Source: Candidatus Latescibacterota bacterium (GTDB lineage: Bacteria; Latescibacterota; UBA2968; UBA8231). Taken from it: 64,000 bases of DNA. The position numbers were made by a program, and so were the translations under genes. How positions within the stretch are numbered: the stretch's first letter is position 1; each line of letters starts with the position of its first letter. Location of the stretch: contig CBDFJF010000002.1 in NCBI GenBank assembly GCA_965248265.1, positions 2,592,001-2,656,000 on the forward strand, read 5' to 3'. The notes beneath the pieces were generated by a model. It was not told where the DNA came from. It made no database searches and saw nothing but the letters and a program-made list of their open reading frames with translations. Shown here one piece after another: positions 19,205-29,376 of this stretch.

Positions 19205-20731
19205 TTACTCGTTGAGATCAGCGCGGCCAAAGCCGCGCACCAGACTCACCCCCAACAGCAGGAGCACGACGGCGAAAGGCAGCCCGGTGGCCACGACGGC
19301 GGTCTGCAACGCCAACAGCCCGCCGCCCAGGAGCAACACGGCTGCAATGACACCCTCCATGGTGGCCCAGAAGACGCGCTGAGTCACCGGTGGGTTGAGG
19401 TGGCCGCCAGAGGTGATGATGTCGACGACCAGCGAGGCAGAGTCGGAGGAGGTTACGAAGAAGGTGGTCACGATGCAGACGGCCAGCGCCGTGGTCACCG
19501 TGGTCAGCGGGTAGTGCTCAAGCAAGCGGAAGAGGGCGACGGCGACGTCCTCCTTGACGGCGGCGACCATGCCGCCGGCTCCGAAGAGCTCGATGTGGAG
19601 CGCCGAGTTCCCAAACACGGTGAGCCACACGCACGTGGCCAGCGTCGGCACCACCAGGATGGCGCCGACGAATTCGCGCACCGTGCGCCCGCGCGACACG
19701 CGGGCCACGAAGATGCCGACGAAGGGCGACCAGGCGATCCACCAGGCCCAGTAGAAGATCGTCCAGCCATGCTGCCAGCCAGTCTCCTGGTAGGCCTCTG
19801 TCCACAGTGTCAGCTTGGGCAAGTAGCGCAGGTAGATGCCGAAGTTCTGCACCAGGGCATCGAGCAGGTAGCGCGTCGGCCCGGCGAAGAGGACGAAGGT
19901 CAGCAGCAGCCCGGCGAGCATGACGTTCAGCTGGCTGAGTCGCTTGATCCCCCGGTCGAGGCCGAGGACGACGGAGATCGTTGCCAGCGCCGTGATGACG
20001 GCGATGAGGATCACCTGCACCGTCGTCGACTGCGGGATGCCGAAGAGATGCGCGAAGCCGGCGTTCACCTGCTGGGCTCCCAGGCCGAGCGAGGTCGCCA
20101 GGCCGAAGAGGGTCGCCAGGGCCGCCAGGACATCGATGACGTCGCCTGCCCGCCCGTGGATGCGTTCTCCGATGAGTGGATAGAACGTCGACCGTACGGT
20201 CAGCGGCAGCCCGCGGTTGTAGGCGAAGTAGGCCAGGGCCAGGGCCATGAGGCCGTAGAGTCCCCAGGCGTGGAAGCCCCAGTGGAAGAAGGTGACGCCC
20301 ATGGCCAGCCGCGCCGCCTCGGGCGATTCGGGCGTGCCCCACGGGGGGCTCGAGAAGTGATAGACGGGCTCGGCGACGCTCCAGAACATGAGCCCGATAC
20401 CCATGCCGGCGCTGAACAGCATCGACAGCCATCCCCAGTAGGTGAACTCGGGCTTGGCATCGGCACCGCCGAGTCGCGTATTGCCATGGCGACTGAACAA
20501 GAGGTAGAGAACGATCGCCAGGTAGACGTTGACGGCCAGGACGAAGAACCAGCCGGCACTCTCGGTCACGGCCGCCAGCACGGCGTCGAAGACGGTCGTC
20601 ATGCGGTCGAGGTTCACGAGGCTGAAGACGACGAAGAGGACGGCGAGCCCCGCTGAGGACCAGAAGACGGTCGGGTGGATCTCGAGGCCGAGTCGGCTGG
20701 CGCGGCCCTTATTGTTGTCGTTGTCGGTCAT
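19205..20731 (-). CDS. BCCT family (betaine/choline/carnitine) transporter
   Basis: MLFSAGMGIGLMFW, FHWGFHAW, WTIFYWAWWIAWSPFVG, RVSRGRT. The ATG at 20731 overlaps the upstream stop. Confidence 0.95.
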   Translation of the reverse strand: MTDNDNNKGRASRLGLEIHPTVFWSSAGLAVLFVVFSLVNLDRMTTVFDAVLAAVTESAGWFFVLAVNVYLAIVLYLLFSRHGNTRLGGADAKPEFTYWGWLSMLFSAGMGIGLMFWSVAEPVYHFSSPPWGTPESPEAARLAMGVTFFHWGFHAWGLYGLMALALAYFAYNRGLPLTVRSTFYPLIGERIHGRAGDVIDVLAALATLFGLATSLGLGAQQVNAGFAHLFGIPQSTTVQVILIAVITALATISVVLGLDRGIKRLSQLNVMLAGLLLTFVLFAGPTRYLLDALVQNFGIYLRYLPKLTLWTEAYQETGWQHGWTIFYWAWWIAWSPFVGIFVARVSRGRTVREFVGAILVVPTLATCVWLTVFGNSALHIELFGAGGMVAAVKEDVAVALFRLLEHYPLTTVTTALAVCIVTTFFVTSSDSASLVVDIITSGGHLNPPVTQRVFWATMEGVIAAVLLLGGGLLALQTAVVATGLPFAVVLLLLGVSLVRGFGRADLNE

Positions 20732-21573
20732 GTGACGCTCGGCTTGTGGAAGGTGAAGATTCCCCACACGAGATAACCCAGCTCACCGCCCTCGACCCAG
20801 CGGTCCAGGCCGCGTTTCATGTGTTGCAGGTAGTCGTCGCTGATGCTGGAGCGCAACTCGTCGTCACAGGCTACGGTCTCGGCCAGGACCCGACCGTAGT
20901 GGCGGACGAGCTGGTGCGTCTCGTCGGTGAAGCCCACTTCTGCGAGACCGTTCGCCGCCGCCGCCTGGCGGTAGGTGCCCGGGGACCCCAGACTGCTGAG
21001 GTGGATCCGAGCCAGGATCGGGTCCAGGACACCCTCTGGGCAGTCGTCGGACTGCATGATGTCGGTGAAGGCAAAGACGCCGCCCGGCTTGAGGACGCGC
21101 GCCACCTCGGCCACGACCCGCTCGCGAGCGCCGCTGTGCAGGAAGGCGTCCTGCGAGCACACGGCATCGACGCTGTCGTCGCCGGCCATCACCGACTCGA
21201 AGCTGCCGTCGATGATCTCGACACGGTCCGTCAGGTCCTGCTCCTCGTTGAGCCGGCGGGCGCGCTCGTTCTCCAGCTCGCTCAAGTTCAGGCCTGTCGC
21301 CTGACAGCCGTAAGTGCGCGCCAGATAGCGGACAGTGCCGCCGAAGCCGGAGCCCATGTCCAGGACCCGCGAACCGGCGTCCAGCGGCTCTAGTTGCCGG
21401 CCCAGCCGCTCGTTGGAACGCTGGCTTGCCGTGGCGATGCTGTCATCCTCACCCTCGTAGAGGCCGATGTGGATGTCCTCGCCACCCCAGATCGCCGCGT
21501 AGTACTTGTCGGCGTCGTCGCTGTTGTAGTAGTCGCGGGCCGTCTCGACGACGGCCGAGTAGTCGGCGCCCAC
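20728..21573 (-). CDS. Sarcosine/dimethylglycine N-methyltransferase (SDMT)
   Basis: YYNSDDAD..Y..IWGGEDIHIGLY, LDMGSGFGG, SQDAFLH, MKRGL..WV. Adjacent to GSMT. Confidence 0.88.
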   Translation of the reverse strand: MGADYSAVVETARDYYNSDDADKYYAAIWGGEDIHIGLYEGEDDSIATASQRSNERLGRQLEPLDAGSRVLDMGSGFGGTVRYLARTYGCQATGLNLSELENERARRLNEEQDLTDRVEIIDGSFESVMAGDDSVDAVCSQDAFLHSGARERVVAEVARVLKPGGVFAFTDIMQSDDCPEGVLDPILARIHLSSLGSPGTYRQAAAANGLAEVGFTDETHQLVRHYGRVLAETVACDDELRSSISDDYLQHMKRGLDRWVEGGELGYLVWGIFTFHKPSVT

Positions 21574-21574
21574 G

Positions 21575-22399
21575 CTACTTGCCTGACTCTATCAGGTAGC
21601 TCTTCTCGGCCACGTGCACGAGGAAGTCGGGTTCGTGATCCTCGAATTCTGCCTGGAAGTCCCCGTAGGTCTCGACCTGTTGGAAGCCGACCTCGTGCAT
21701 CAGGCGGCGCGTGTACTCCCTGCGCAGGGGATACATGTTCAGGTGGTAGGTCGAGCCGTCGCGGAACTCGTAGGCAAAACGCGCCAGCCCGTCGTCGACG
21801 TGCTCCGGCTCAACGTGGACGTTGTCGCCACAGTAGTAGTAGGAGTGCTTACTGGAGTAGCCGTTGTCGAGGATGGCGTCGTAGTTGCGCTGGTCGAGGA
21901 TCAAGAAGCCGTCGTGGTCGCAGACCGTGTAGAATTCGGCCAGCGCCTTGCGGCGGTCGCGCTCCTCGAACAGGTGCGTGAAGGAGTTGCCCAGGCAGAT
22001 GACGGCGTCGAAGCTTTCGTGGATGTCTCGGTTCAGGTAGCGCCAGTCCGCTTGCACCGTGCGCAGGATGTGCCCGTGCCGACGGGCGTTGTCGAAGGCC
22101 TTCGACAGCATGGCGGGGCTGCCGTCAGCGCTGACCACGTCGAAGCCGGCCTCGAGGAGGCGCACTGAGTGGAAGCCGGTGCCGGTGGCGACATCGAGGA
22201 CACGTTGTGCGCCGCGATCGCGCAGATGGTCGATGAAGAAGTCTCCCTCGCCTTCGGCTCGCTGCTCCCAGTTGATCAATTCGTCCCACTTCTCGACGAA
22301 GCTCTGGATGTACTCGGCCTTGTAGTGGCTGGTCTCGCGCATCGCCTCCGGTTTGGTGCCGAACTGCTGCAGTGGTGCTGCGTGTGTATTGATGGTCAT
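21575..22399 (-). CDS. Glycine/sarcosine N-methyltransferase (GSMT)
   Basis: FVEKWDELINW, VLDVATGTGFHS, CLGNSFTHL, DQRNYD, YYYCG, TYGDF. Start MTINTH (ATG 22399) with GGGAG RBS. Confidence 0.92.
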   Translation of the reverse strand: MTINTHAAPLQQFGTKPEAMRETSHYKAEYIQSFVEKWDELINWEQRAEGEGDFFIDHLRDRGAQRVLDVATGTGFHSVRLLEAGFDVVSADGSPAMLSKAFDNARRHGHILRTVQADWRYLNRDIHESFDAVICLGNSFTHLFEERDRRKALAEFYTVCDHDGFLILDQRNYDAILDNGYSSKHSYYYCGDNVHVEPEHVDDGLARFAYEFRDGSTYHLNMYPLRREYTRRLMHEVGFQQVETYGDFQAEFEDHEPDFLVHVAEKSYLIESGK

Positions 22400-22526
22400 C
22401 TCCCTGCCTCGCTGTTCTGTCTGATGTGGGGCGAGCACCGACGGCAAGCGCTCGGAGGATCGTTGCCGACGCATGCGGGGCAGGGAAGGTTGCTCGATCC
22501 GCAGCCCTGGTACAAATGGTGCACGA

Positions 22527-22616
22527 TTAATGCTCCTTGATATCGTGCTTTTCCAGCTTGTTGTAAAGGGTTCGACGACTGATGCCCAGCAGGCGGGCGG
22601 CTTAGCCCGGTTGTTC
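22527..22616 (-). pseudogene. Relic C-terminal Fis-type HTH of a sigma-54 activator (NtrC family)
   Basis: Manual translation gives NNRAK-(1-nt frameshift)-AARLLGISRRTLYNKLEKHDIKEH*. No upstream AAA+ domain remains. Confidence 0.65.
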
Positions 22617-22704
22617 CTCAAGACTGCAAGATCGGCACGCACTCGTCGACATCCAATTCGGCACTTAGGAAAACATCCTGAGTATAGATAAAATAAGGGG
22701 TGTT

Positions 22705-23841
22705 TCAGGTCGCAGGCCGCACCAACTCCACGGCCTGTTCAAGCAGTTCGCACTCACGAGACACCATTCTGTCAATCAGACCAATCATACTGTGTACATG
22801 CTCCGCCTTGGGGCACATTGCGTGTTTGAGACCGAGCAGGCGGAATGTGTAGGCATTCCTTTCGACGGATTCGTACTGATCAGCCAAGCCAGACCGTCGA
22901 TCCAGCAAGGATTGGGTCTCCATGAACCTGAGCCGTTGCCGCATGACCGATTTGTGTTCCCAAAGAATGTGGACGGCCCGAAAGTCGAACTCGCTTTCGG
23001 ATTGCGTAAGAAGCCAATCCTGAAGATCGCGATGCGCCTTCATTCCGAAAGCTTGCTGTTGTGCGACGTAATCGATTGGGTGAAAACTGAGAATCTTGTC
23101 CGGGTAGGTAGTGATGTTATCGAATCGCCTGGAGGTATCTCTGGATTCCAGATAGTCCTCCATTTGCTCTACAACGTATTGGGTATTGAATACAGATCGG
23201 GCCGGTGGTCGATATCTCAGAAGCCAGACCCTGTTGAAACAAACATCCCGCAGCGAGTTGCTCATGTGAATGCCACGCAGCTGCCCAAGGGTCATGTCAT
23301 CGAATCCGGTGGCCGAAGTGTCGCTGGGGCCGTCAAACTCAAACGCTTGCACGAGCGCAGCATATGACACCGTAGAGACTCTGAAGGAGCCTTTGTCGTC
23401 ATAGTTGAGCAGGTGGAACTGTTCATTTGTCGTGTCGTAGCCGACGACCAGCTCTTCATGATGACCATGTGCTCTCCCGTAGGAGGGACGGTCGGGTATG
23501 AAAAACGTGTCGATGTTCAGTTGCACGTAGTAGCCGTCTGAGACACTCTCGAGCAGGAACGGTATCAGGCTGGAGTATCCATTATCGATGACCCGTCTTG
23601 TAATCCATTGGGTGTCCAGAAGGGGGCAGATGAACTCTCCGGATGTATGTCCGAAAGGAGTAAAAAAATCCAAACGGTACCAGTATGGATCAGAATCGAA
23701 AACCAGCTGAACATAGTTGCTGTAGAGCCATGAATGGTACTCGCCATAATTGCATATGATGGACAGAAGGTATCCGTGGTGACTGCCCCACCCGCGGATC
23801 GGTGGTGGCAGGAACACAGGTAGCAGTCGCTTTTTCAGCAT
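22705..23841 (-). CDS. Hypothetical protein, BtrH/C39-peptidase-like (papain-fold) family
   Basis: WLYSNYVQL, FLLESVSDGYYV..IDTFFIP, HEELVVGYD, HILWEHK..M..RL. Lower GC. The family call is from motif recall. Confidence 0.55.
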   Translation of the reverse strand: MLKKRLLPVFLPPPIRGWGSHHGYLLSIICNYGEYHSWLYSNYVQLVFDSDPYWYRLDFFTPFGHTSGEFICPLLDTQWITRRVIDNGYSSLIPFLLESVSDGYYVQLNIDTFFIPDRPSYGRAHGHHEELVVGYDTTNEQFHLLNYDDKGSFRVSTVSYAALVQAFEFDGPSDTSATGFDDMTLGQLRGIHMSNSLRDVCFNRVWLLRYRPPARSVFNTQYVVEQMEDYLESRDTSRRFDNITTYPDKILSFHPIDYVAQQQAFGMKAHRDLQDWLLTQSESEFDFRAVHILWEHKSVMRQRLRFMETQSLLDRRSGLADQYESVERNAYTFRLLGLKHAMCPKAEHVHSMIGLIDRMVSRECELLEQAVELVRPAT

Positions 23842-24152
23842 ACGCTGTGTTGTAGCAAAACCCGATCCGGCGCGGTTTCGCAACCGTACCAGACCTTATG
23901 TACTGACCTGGTACAAACGCGACTTCCTCGAATCCTCTTGTTCTCGGAAGACAGAGCACTGCGTGCGCGACCGCTGTGACAGAAAGTCGCCACATTTGTT
24001 CCCCCTTGGTAACGATGGCCGTGGGTAAGTAGCGCCGGAGCTATGACGGAATCGCCAATTGCGTCAGTGGATTTCGATACTATTTTCCCATCAATAACTC
24101 CACCGTAATGGCCGGCATCAACATCTGATCATGAGATTGTCCGGCGTGGATA

Positions 24153-24644
24153 ATGATGGTAGAATTCAGTCTCGGGATGCGCACTCACACGGAAGCTATG
24201 AGCGGTAAATTGCAGGATGTGCATAACCTGTTGAGTGAGCTCTCTATCCCTGCACCTGCCAAGGAAATCCAGGACCTCGTAAAACATCACACTAGCCAAT
24301 GGCTTGCGGAGAGACGTGCGGCCTTGTCTGGTGATCGTAGTGAAATTCAGGAGCTCAACGAGCGCCGATGGGAAATGGTTGACGCGATTGATAGCTCTGT
24401 CCGTCTGGCAAGAAGTAAGGATGCTGCTGCGCCTGCCCTTGACAGCGTCGGCGCCCTTTGTGACCGCCTCGCTATTGCATTCGTGCGGGCAGAGCAGCTG
24501 TCCGATGATCAGGAATTGGCTCCTCGCGCACTAGTTCTTCTTGAGGAGACTTGCGAAGGAGTCCTCGCGGACCTCAAGCAATTGAATCAGGGCATCCGAC
24601 GTCCGATGTCTGTGCACATCGCCAAGCGCTACAAACCGTCTTAA
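24153..24644 (+). CDS. DUF4254-like protein
   Basis: IQELNERRWEMVDAID...DSVGALCDRLAI...KRY, resembling the DUF4254 pattern. Confidence 0.6.
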   Translation: MMVEFSLGMRTHTEAMSGKLQDVHNLLSELSIPAPAKEIQDLVKHHTSQWLAERRAALSGDRSEIQELNERRWEMVDAIDSSVRLARSKDAAAPALDSVGALCDRLAIAFVRAEQLSDDQELAPRALVLLEETCEGVLADLKQLNQGIRRPMSVHIAKRYKPS

Positions 24645-24716
24645 GATAGTCGCTGCCTTGACGGACCCCGCTTCGATTCGGCGTCGGCCTGCCGGCGAGC
24701 ACCGTGTGAGGGCTCT

Positions 24717-25799
24717 ATGCCAACCGTCGACACAATTCGCTCCCTAGATACTTGGTACCGCGACCCGGTGGCAGAGATTCGCGATTCCAGCTGGGCCGAA
24801 GCCCCTCGTGGTCAGACGACACGCTACGAGCATCCCGTGTGTGGTGACGACGCTCTGACACGCGAACGCAGCCTCCCAGTCACGGTTGTAGCCGGAGTTG
24901 ATGAAGGCCCGGTGCTCCTGCTGATCGCGGGAGAGCACGGCGACGAGTACGAGAACATCTTCGCTCTGCAGGAGACGCTCAACGGTCTCGATCCGGCCGG
25001 GCTCAAAGGACGGATCGTCGGCGTCACCTGCTGTTCCGTAGATAGCTATGTCCACCGCGACCGCGTCGCCCGGGCCGACGGCCACAATCTCGCCCGCTGC
25101 TATCCCGGCAACGCGAACGGAACTCTCACCGAACGCATCGCCTACACCTTGCAGAACGACTTCCTCGGCCAGTCAGGTGGCGACAAGCCCGCCTTCATGC
25201 TGGCGCTCCACACATATGGTCCGCGCCGTTTGGGCGCGACGCTTTCCGGTTACAACATCAATCCGGGCACTCACGATTTGACCGAGACCCAGCGCCGGGC
25301 ATGTCTGGCGACCGGATTTCCTCTCGTCTGGGGCCACGAATTTGATCCGAACTGTGCCGCGGAGGCGACGATGGGTGACGACGCCAGCGGACGCACCGCA
25401 CTCTACGCCGCATATCTTGCCCAGATCCCCGCGATTTATTGGGAAACTCCTTGGAGCCTGGGCGGCGAAGAGGAGTACGAGCGAGGGTTGAATCGGCTGA
25501 TCATTCACCTGGGCATGTTGGCGGGAGACAACGAGCCCATAGAGCCGCGGGCAGTAATCGAGTCGGTCGGCCACGGCGCCGGTGACATGGCCACCCACAA
25601 CCAGACGCCAGTCGCCGGACTCTGGCGGCCGGCGGTTCAGGTCTGGGACCGCGTGTGTACCGGAGATACGCTCGGCGAGGTTCGCGATCTGTACGGGAGT
25701 CGGCTGGAGACAATCCGGGCTCAGCGTGATGGCGTGGTGATCACCGTTCCGCGGCTGCAGTTCGTCGAACAGGGCTGTCAATGCGGAATCGTTCTTTAG
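24717..25799 (+). CDS. Succinylglutamate desuccinylase/aspartoacylase (M14) family protein
   Basis: AGEHGDE, NLARCYPG, ALHT, C-terminal hybrid-like domain. Confidence 0.85.
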   Translation: MPTVDTIRSLDTWYRDPVAEIRDSSWAEAPRGQTTRYEHPVCGDDALTRERSLPVTVVAGVDEGPVLLLIAGEHGDEYENIFALQETLNGLDPAGLKGRIVGVTCCSVDSYVHRDRVARADGHNLARCYPGNANGTLTERIAYTLQNDFLGQSGGDKPAFMLALHTYGPRRLGATLSGYNINPGTHDLTETQRRACLATGFPLVWGHEFDPNCAAEATMGDDASGRTALYAAYLAQIPAIYWETPWSLGGEEEYERGLNRLIIHLGMLAGDNEPIEPRAVIESVGHGAGDMATHNQTPVAGLWRPAVQVWDRVCTGDTLGEVRDLYGSRLETIRAQRDGVVITVPRLQFVEQGCQCGIVL

Positions 25800-25800
25800 A

Positions 25801-27767
25801 CTACTGAAACGGTACCGGTACCCCGTCGCTGTGCCATGGAAAGGCGTAGCTGGGGTCGTTCACGAACCGACGCAGGCCGGCCTGAATCCGAACGGACGTC
25901 GACGGCGGCAACCGGACTTCGAAGTACTTGCCATCAACGTTGACCGTCGTTTCGCCGTGTTGGACGGTCGTGAACTGGTGCTCTGCGAAGGCGCCCGCCT
26001 GCACGATCAGGGATCGAGCTTCGCTTCTGCTCAGGTTCGTCAACTGAATGCCTACCCCGTCAGCAGACAGCTTGTCGACGAGGGCTCCGACATCCGCCGG
26101 CAGGCCAGGACGGACCAGGTCCTTGTCGAAGTAGCGCACCGTTCCTCGCAGTAGACCCCATGGTATACTGAGTGCGGTGAGCCCAGCATGGTCTGGGTCA
26201 ACACCTTCGTGACCACCGGGTTGGGCGGTTCCTCGTTGGCGGCTATGATGGCGGGGACGTCACGATCGTCGGCCATCAGACGAGCATGACGGTCGAGGGC
26301 CTGCTGGTACTGGGCTGTGAGCGCTTTTTCGGGCCAGTCCGGGTTCAGGCCTTCGTAATATTGAAAGCGGCTGTACTCGGTCTGCCAGTCGGCTCTTTCG
26401 TCGCCATGGAAGGTGACCTCGTTCCAATCCCGCTCCTTGTCACCCTCCCGCAGCTGGATAATGGTCGCACGATCCTCCTCCGAGAACGTCATGTGATAGA
26501 GATGGGCGGGCTCGTAGACGCGCAGGGATGAGGGCGGGTTCATGACCGGATCCGGGTCACCCCCCCGGTACCATCCCTCGGGCGTGATCCGCACCGGCGT
26601 CAGCAGGTGGCCGTCTTCCCGAGTTTCGGAATTATCGATTAGCGTTCTGATCGACGTCCGCATCATCTCGGTGTAACTGAAGTCGCCAGTGAGCAGCACG
26701 GCACATTCGGTGGCCAGGTTGAGCGAGTGGAACAGGCGGTGGTAGCCGTAGCCGCTGTTCCAACCGTACAGACCGCCGTACCACACGCCCTCGCGTTGCT
26801 CGCCGATTTTGCCGGTGGGACCGACGTTGTCGGGGATGATGCCGTTGTTCTGGCGGGTGCGTTCTGCCCATGCGCCGACGTAGTCGAGTACCCATTGCTT
26901 GTATTTCGGATCACCGGTGTACAGGTAGGCGTTGGTGACCAGTCCGGTCGCCGACAGGTTGGCGGCGATGTCGCCGTTGAGGATGATGTTGTTGAACAGG
27001 CCGAGGATCTTCTCCGCTTTCTCCGGGTCGTCCCACCAGCCGAACTGCAGGTCTTTGACGATCGGGTAGAGGCTGGAGCGAGTACCCGGCTTGCGGGGTT
27101 TCCAGGCCGGGTTGTTCACGGACGTGCCGCCATGGAGGTAATCCATGGCCTCGTTCAGCGTCGCTTTGTGGTAAGGCCCCTGGCTGCTGTTGATCGGAGA
27201 CCGAATGATCTTGTGTTTGGGGTCGTAGTTAGGGGCCTCCGGGTCCTCTCCGATGTACATCCCAGCAAATCGTCTAGCCCGGCGGGCGTTTTCAGAAATC
27301 GTCGGGTCTGCCACGCCGAAGTCGTAGAACGCCATGTTGCCTTCACCCATGTGATGCCACTCGGCGTCTCCGGGGTGGGCCAGGCTGAAGTACTCGTTGT
27401 GGATGCTGTACTTGAGGGTCTTCGGCGCCCCGTGGGTGTACTCAAGATGATTGGCGCGATTGCCGTCGCGGTCGTCGAACAGTCGGTTGGTCGCATTCCA
27501 ATGCTTCAAGGCCAGGTCGACGAGGTGCTCGCCGCCTCCGAGGGCGTAGAGCAGACACCAGTTGCCGGACCTCTCGTAGTAATCATCCATGTCGTCGGAC
27601 CAGTACCAGGTTCCGGCGCGGTCGGCGTACTTCAAGCTCATGACCGGCGCCGCGTTTTCCATAAGGCTGATGAGCTTGCGCTGCAGCAGCGCCCAAGTGG
27701 GTGGGGCTCCGATGTTGGAGGCGGTCACGCTGGGCATTTCCGGCATGGTGTTCGTAGAATTTGGCAC
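25801..27767 (-). pseudogene. Uncharacterised 'AFPW-terminal' family protein (paralog 4), split by a 1-nt frameshift
   Basis: Closest to paralog 3 (EWHHMGEG, IPDNVGPTG). Adding one G to the G4 run (plus-strand C4 at 26156-26159) restores YHGGLLRGTVRYFDKD...PSYAFPW. May be a sequencing error. Confidence 0.85.
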
Positions 27768-27941
27768 GAGAATTCTCCTGTCCGGGTTTGTTCACGTTGG
27801 AGCAGACCCGGCCAATAATGGCTATGTACCAGGTGATTGGCAATGGATCAGACTCCGTGAGATCACCAGATCGGGCACTCCGATTCCGCTGTTTCCAGAC
27901 TCGATCGACCTCGGCGGGACGATCGTCTCGACGTTGCAGTG

Positions 27942-28643
27942 CTACACCGTCAGGTGTCCTTTCAGCGTCGAGTCATCCGCCGCCACCTCTGCCGAGCTGG
28001 CGGAGTAGCGAATGGTTCCCCTCTCCATGACATGCACTCGATCACTCAGGTCGAGAGCAAACTTGAGATTCTGCTCTGCCAATAGAATCGACAGCCCCGT
28101 CTGCTTCAATGACGCGAGCCGCTCCAGCATCGAAGCAACCACCATCGGTGCCAGTCCCTCTGACGGTTCGTCCAGCAACAGCAGATTCGGGTTGCCCATC
28201 AGGCAGCGACCGATGGCCAGCATCTGCTGCTGACCGCCGCTGAGGACCCCACCAGGTCGGTCTGCGATCGGTCGGAGGTCGGGGAACAACTCATACACTG
28301 AGGACTCGCTCCAGTCAGAGCTTGCCGACGACTTCCGTGCGATTCGCAGATTGTCGCTGACGCTCATCTCGGGAAAAATGCGTCTGTCCTCCGGGACGTA
28401 GCCGATCCCCAAACGGGCGATGCGATGTGCCGGCTTCCCGGCTATCGTCCTGCCATCCCACGTGATGGTCCCACTGCGCGGCGGCGTTAGCCCCATGATG
28501 CTGCGCATGGTCGTCGTCTTGCCGACACCGTTCCTGCCCATGAGGGCGACCACCTCGCCCTCACCCACATCCAGCGTGACACCGAACAACACGCGGCTCA
28601 TGCCGTATGAGGTGTGAAGGTCGCTCACTTCCAACCGCGCCAT
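27942..28643 (-). CDS. livF: Branched-chain amino acid-type ABC transporter ATPase
   Basis: GRNGVGKTT, VPEDRRIF, LSGGQQQ, LLLDEPSEG. Confidence 0.92.
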   Translation of the reverse strand: MARLEVSDLHTSYGMSRVLFGVTLDVGEGEVVALMGRNGVGKTTTMRSIMGLTPPRSGTITWDGRTIAGKPAHRIARLGIGYVPEDRRIFPEMSVSDNLRIARKSSASSDWSESSVYELFPDLRPIADRPGGVLSGGQQQMLAIGRCLMGNPNLLLLDEPSEGLAPMVVASMLERLASLKQTGLSILLAEQNLKFALDLSDRVHVMERGTIRYSASSAEVAADDSTLKGHLTV

Positions 28644-29374
28644 CAGGCGTCTCCCAGATAAATCCGTCGGACTTCTGGATTGTCACGAATTTCTTGCGGC
28701 CGGCCCGAGGCGATCAACTCGCCGTGATCGAGCACTGAAATGCGGTCGGCAATGCCGAACACCACATCCATGTCGTGCTCGGTGAAGAGCAGACTCAGAC
28801 CGCGCGCTCCCTGAATGCGTTTGATGAGCCCGGTGGCCTGCCGGGTCTCGTCCGCCGACATGCCGGCGGTAGGCTCGTCGAGCAACAGCACTCGTGGCTC
28901 CGCTGCCAGTGCGATCGCCAATTCCAGCTGCTTCTGCTGCCCATAGGCCAGTTCCCCGGCGATGCGATCGACTTCCGCCGTCAACCCGACGATGGTCAGC
29001 AGTTCACGGGCTTCACGCTGTTGCTTGCCGGTACCACCAAACAGGCGTAACTGCTGCCGCTTTCGTGCAATCACTGCCGCTTGCACACAGGCCACTGCTG
29101 TGAGGCGCGGAAAAACATTGATGTGCTGGAAGGATCGCGCAATGCCGTGACGGACGATCTGGTATGGGCGCAAACCGGTCAGTGGCTGCCCGAAAAATCG
29201 CACCGTGCCCTGATCGGCCTGCAGATGCCCGGTGATGAGATTGAAGAACGTCGTTTTGCCCGCCCCGTTGGGGCCGATGATGGCGTGTGTTTCCTCAGGT
29301 TCGACCCGCAGACTGACATTCCGAACAGCACGGAAGCCGTCGAAACTCTTGCTGAGACCTTCGATTTCGAGCAC
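28643..29374 (-). CDS. livG: Branched-chain amino acid-type ABC transporter ATPase
   Basis: GPNGAGKTT, LAYGQQK, LLDEPTAG, EHDM. Confidence 0.92.
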   Translation of the reverse strand: MLEIEGLSKSFDGFRAVRNVSLRVEPEETHAIIGPNGAGKTTFFNLITGHLQADQGTVRFFGQPLTGLRPYQIVRHGIARSFQHINVFPRLTAVACVQAAVIARKRQQLRLFGGTGKQQREARELLTIVGLTAEVDRIAGELAYGQQKQLELAIALAAEPRVLLLDEPTAGMSADETRQATGLIKRIQGARGLSLLFTEHDMDVVFGIADRISVLDHGELIASGRPQEIRDNPEVRRIYLGDA

Positions 29375-29376
29375 GG

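Noticed and set aside
19400-20656. 418 aa plus-strand ORF, and similar long antisense ORFs such as 26727..27818 and 31598..32827
   Set aside because: Shadow ORFs of high-GC genes on the opposite strand or in another frame. No motifs, and they overlap well-supported CDSs.
22508-22523. TGGTACAAATGGTGCA, a sigma-54-like or NtrC-half-site-like sequence
   Set aside because: As a promoter it points away from the betaine operon into a relic, and as an NtrC site only one half matches.
22400-22642. Long N-terminal extensions in the ORF track (GSMT, and likewise P-II, livM, PhyH 12380, enolase 58651, ADC 32297)
   Set aside because: They overlap neighbouring genes or relics. Internal ATGs with RBSs give family-typical lengths.
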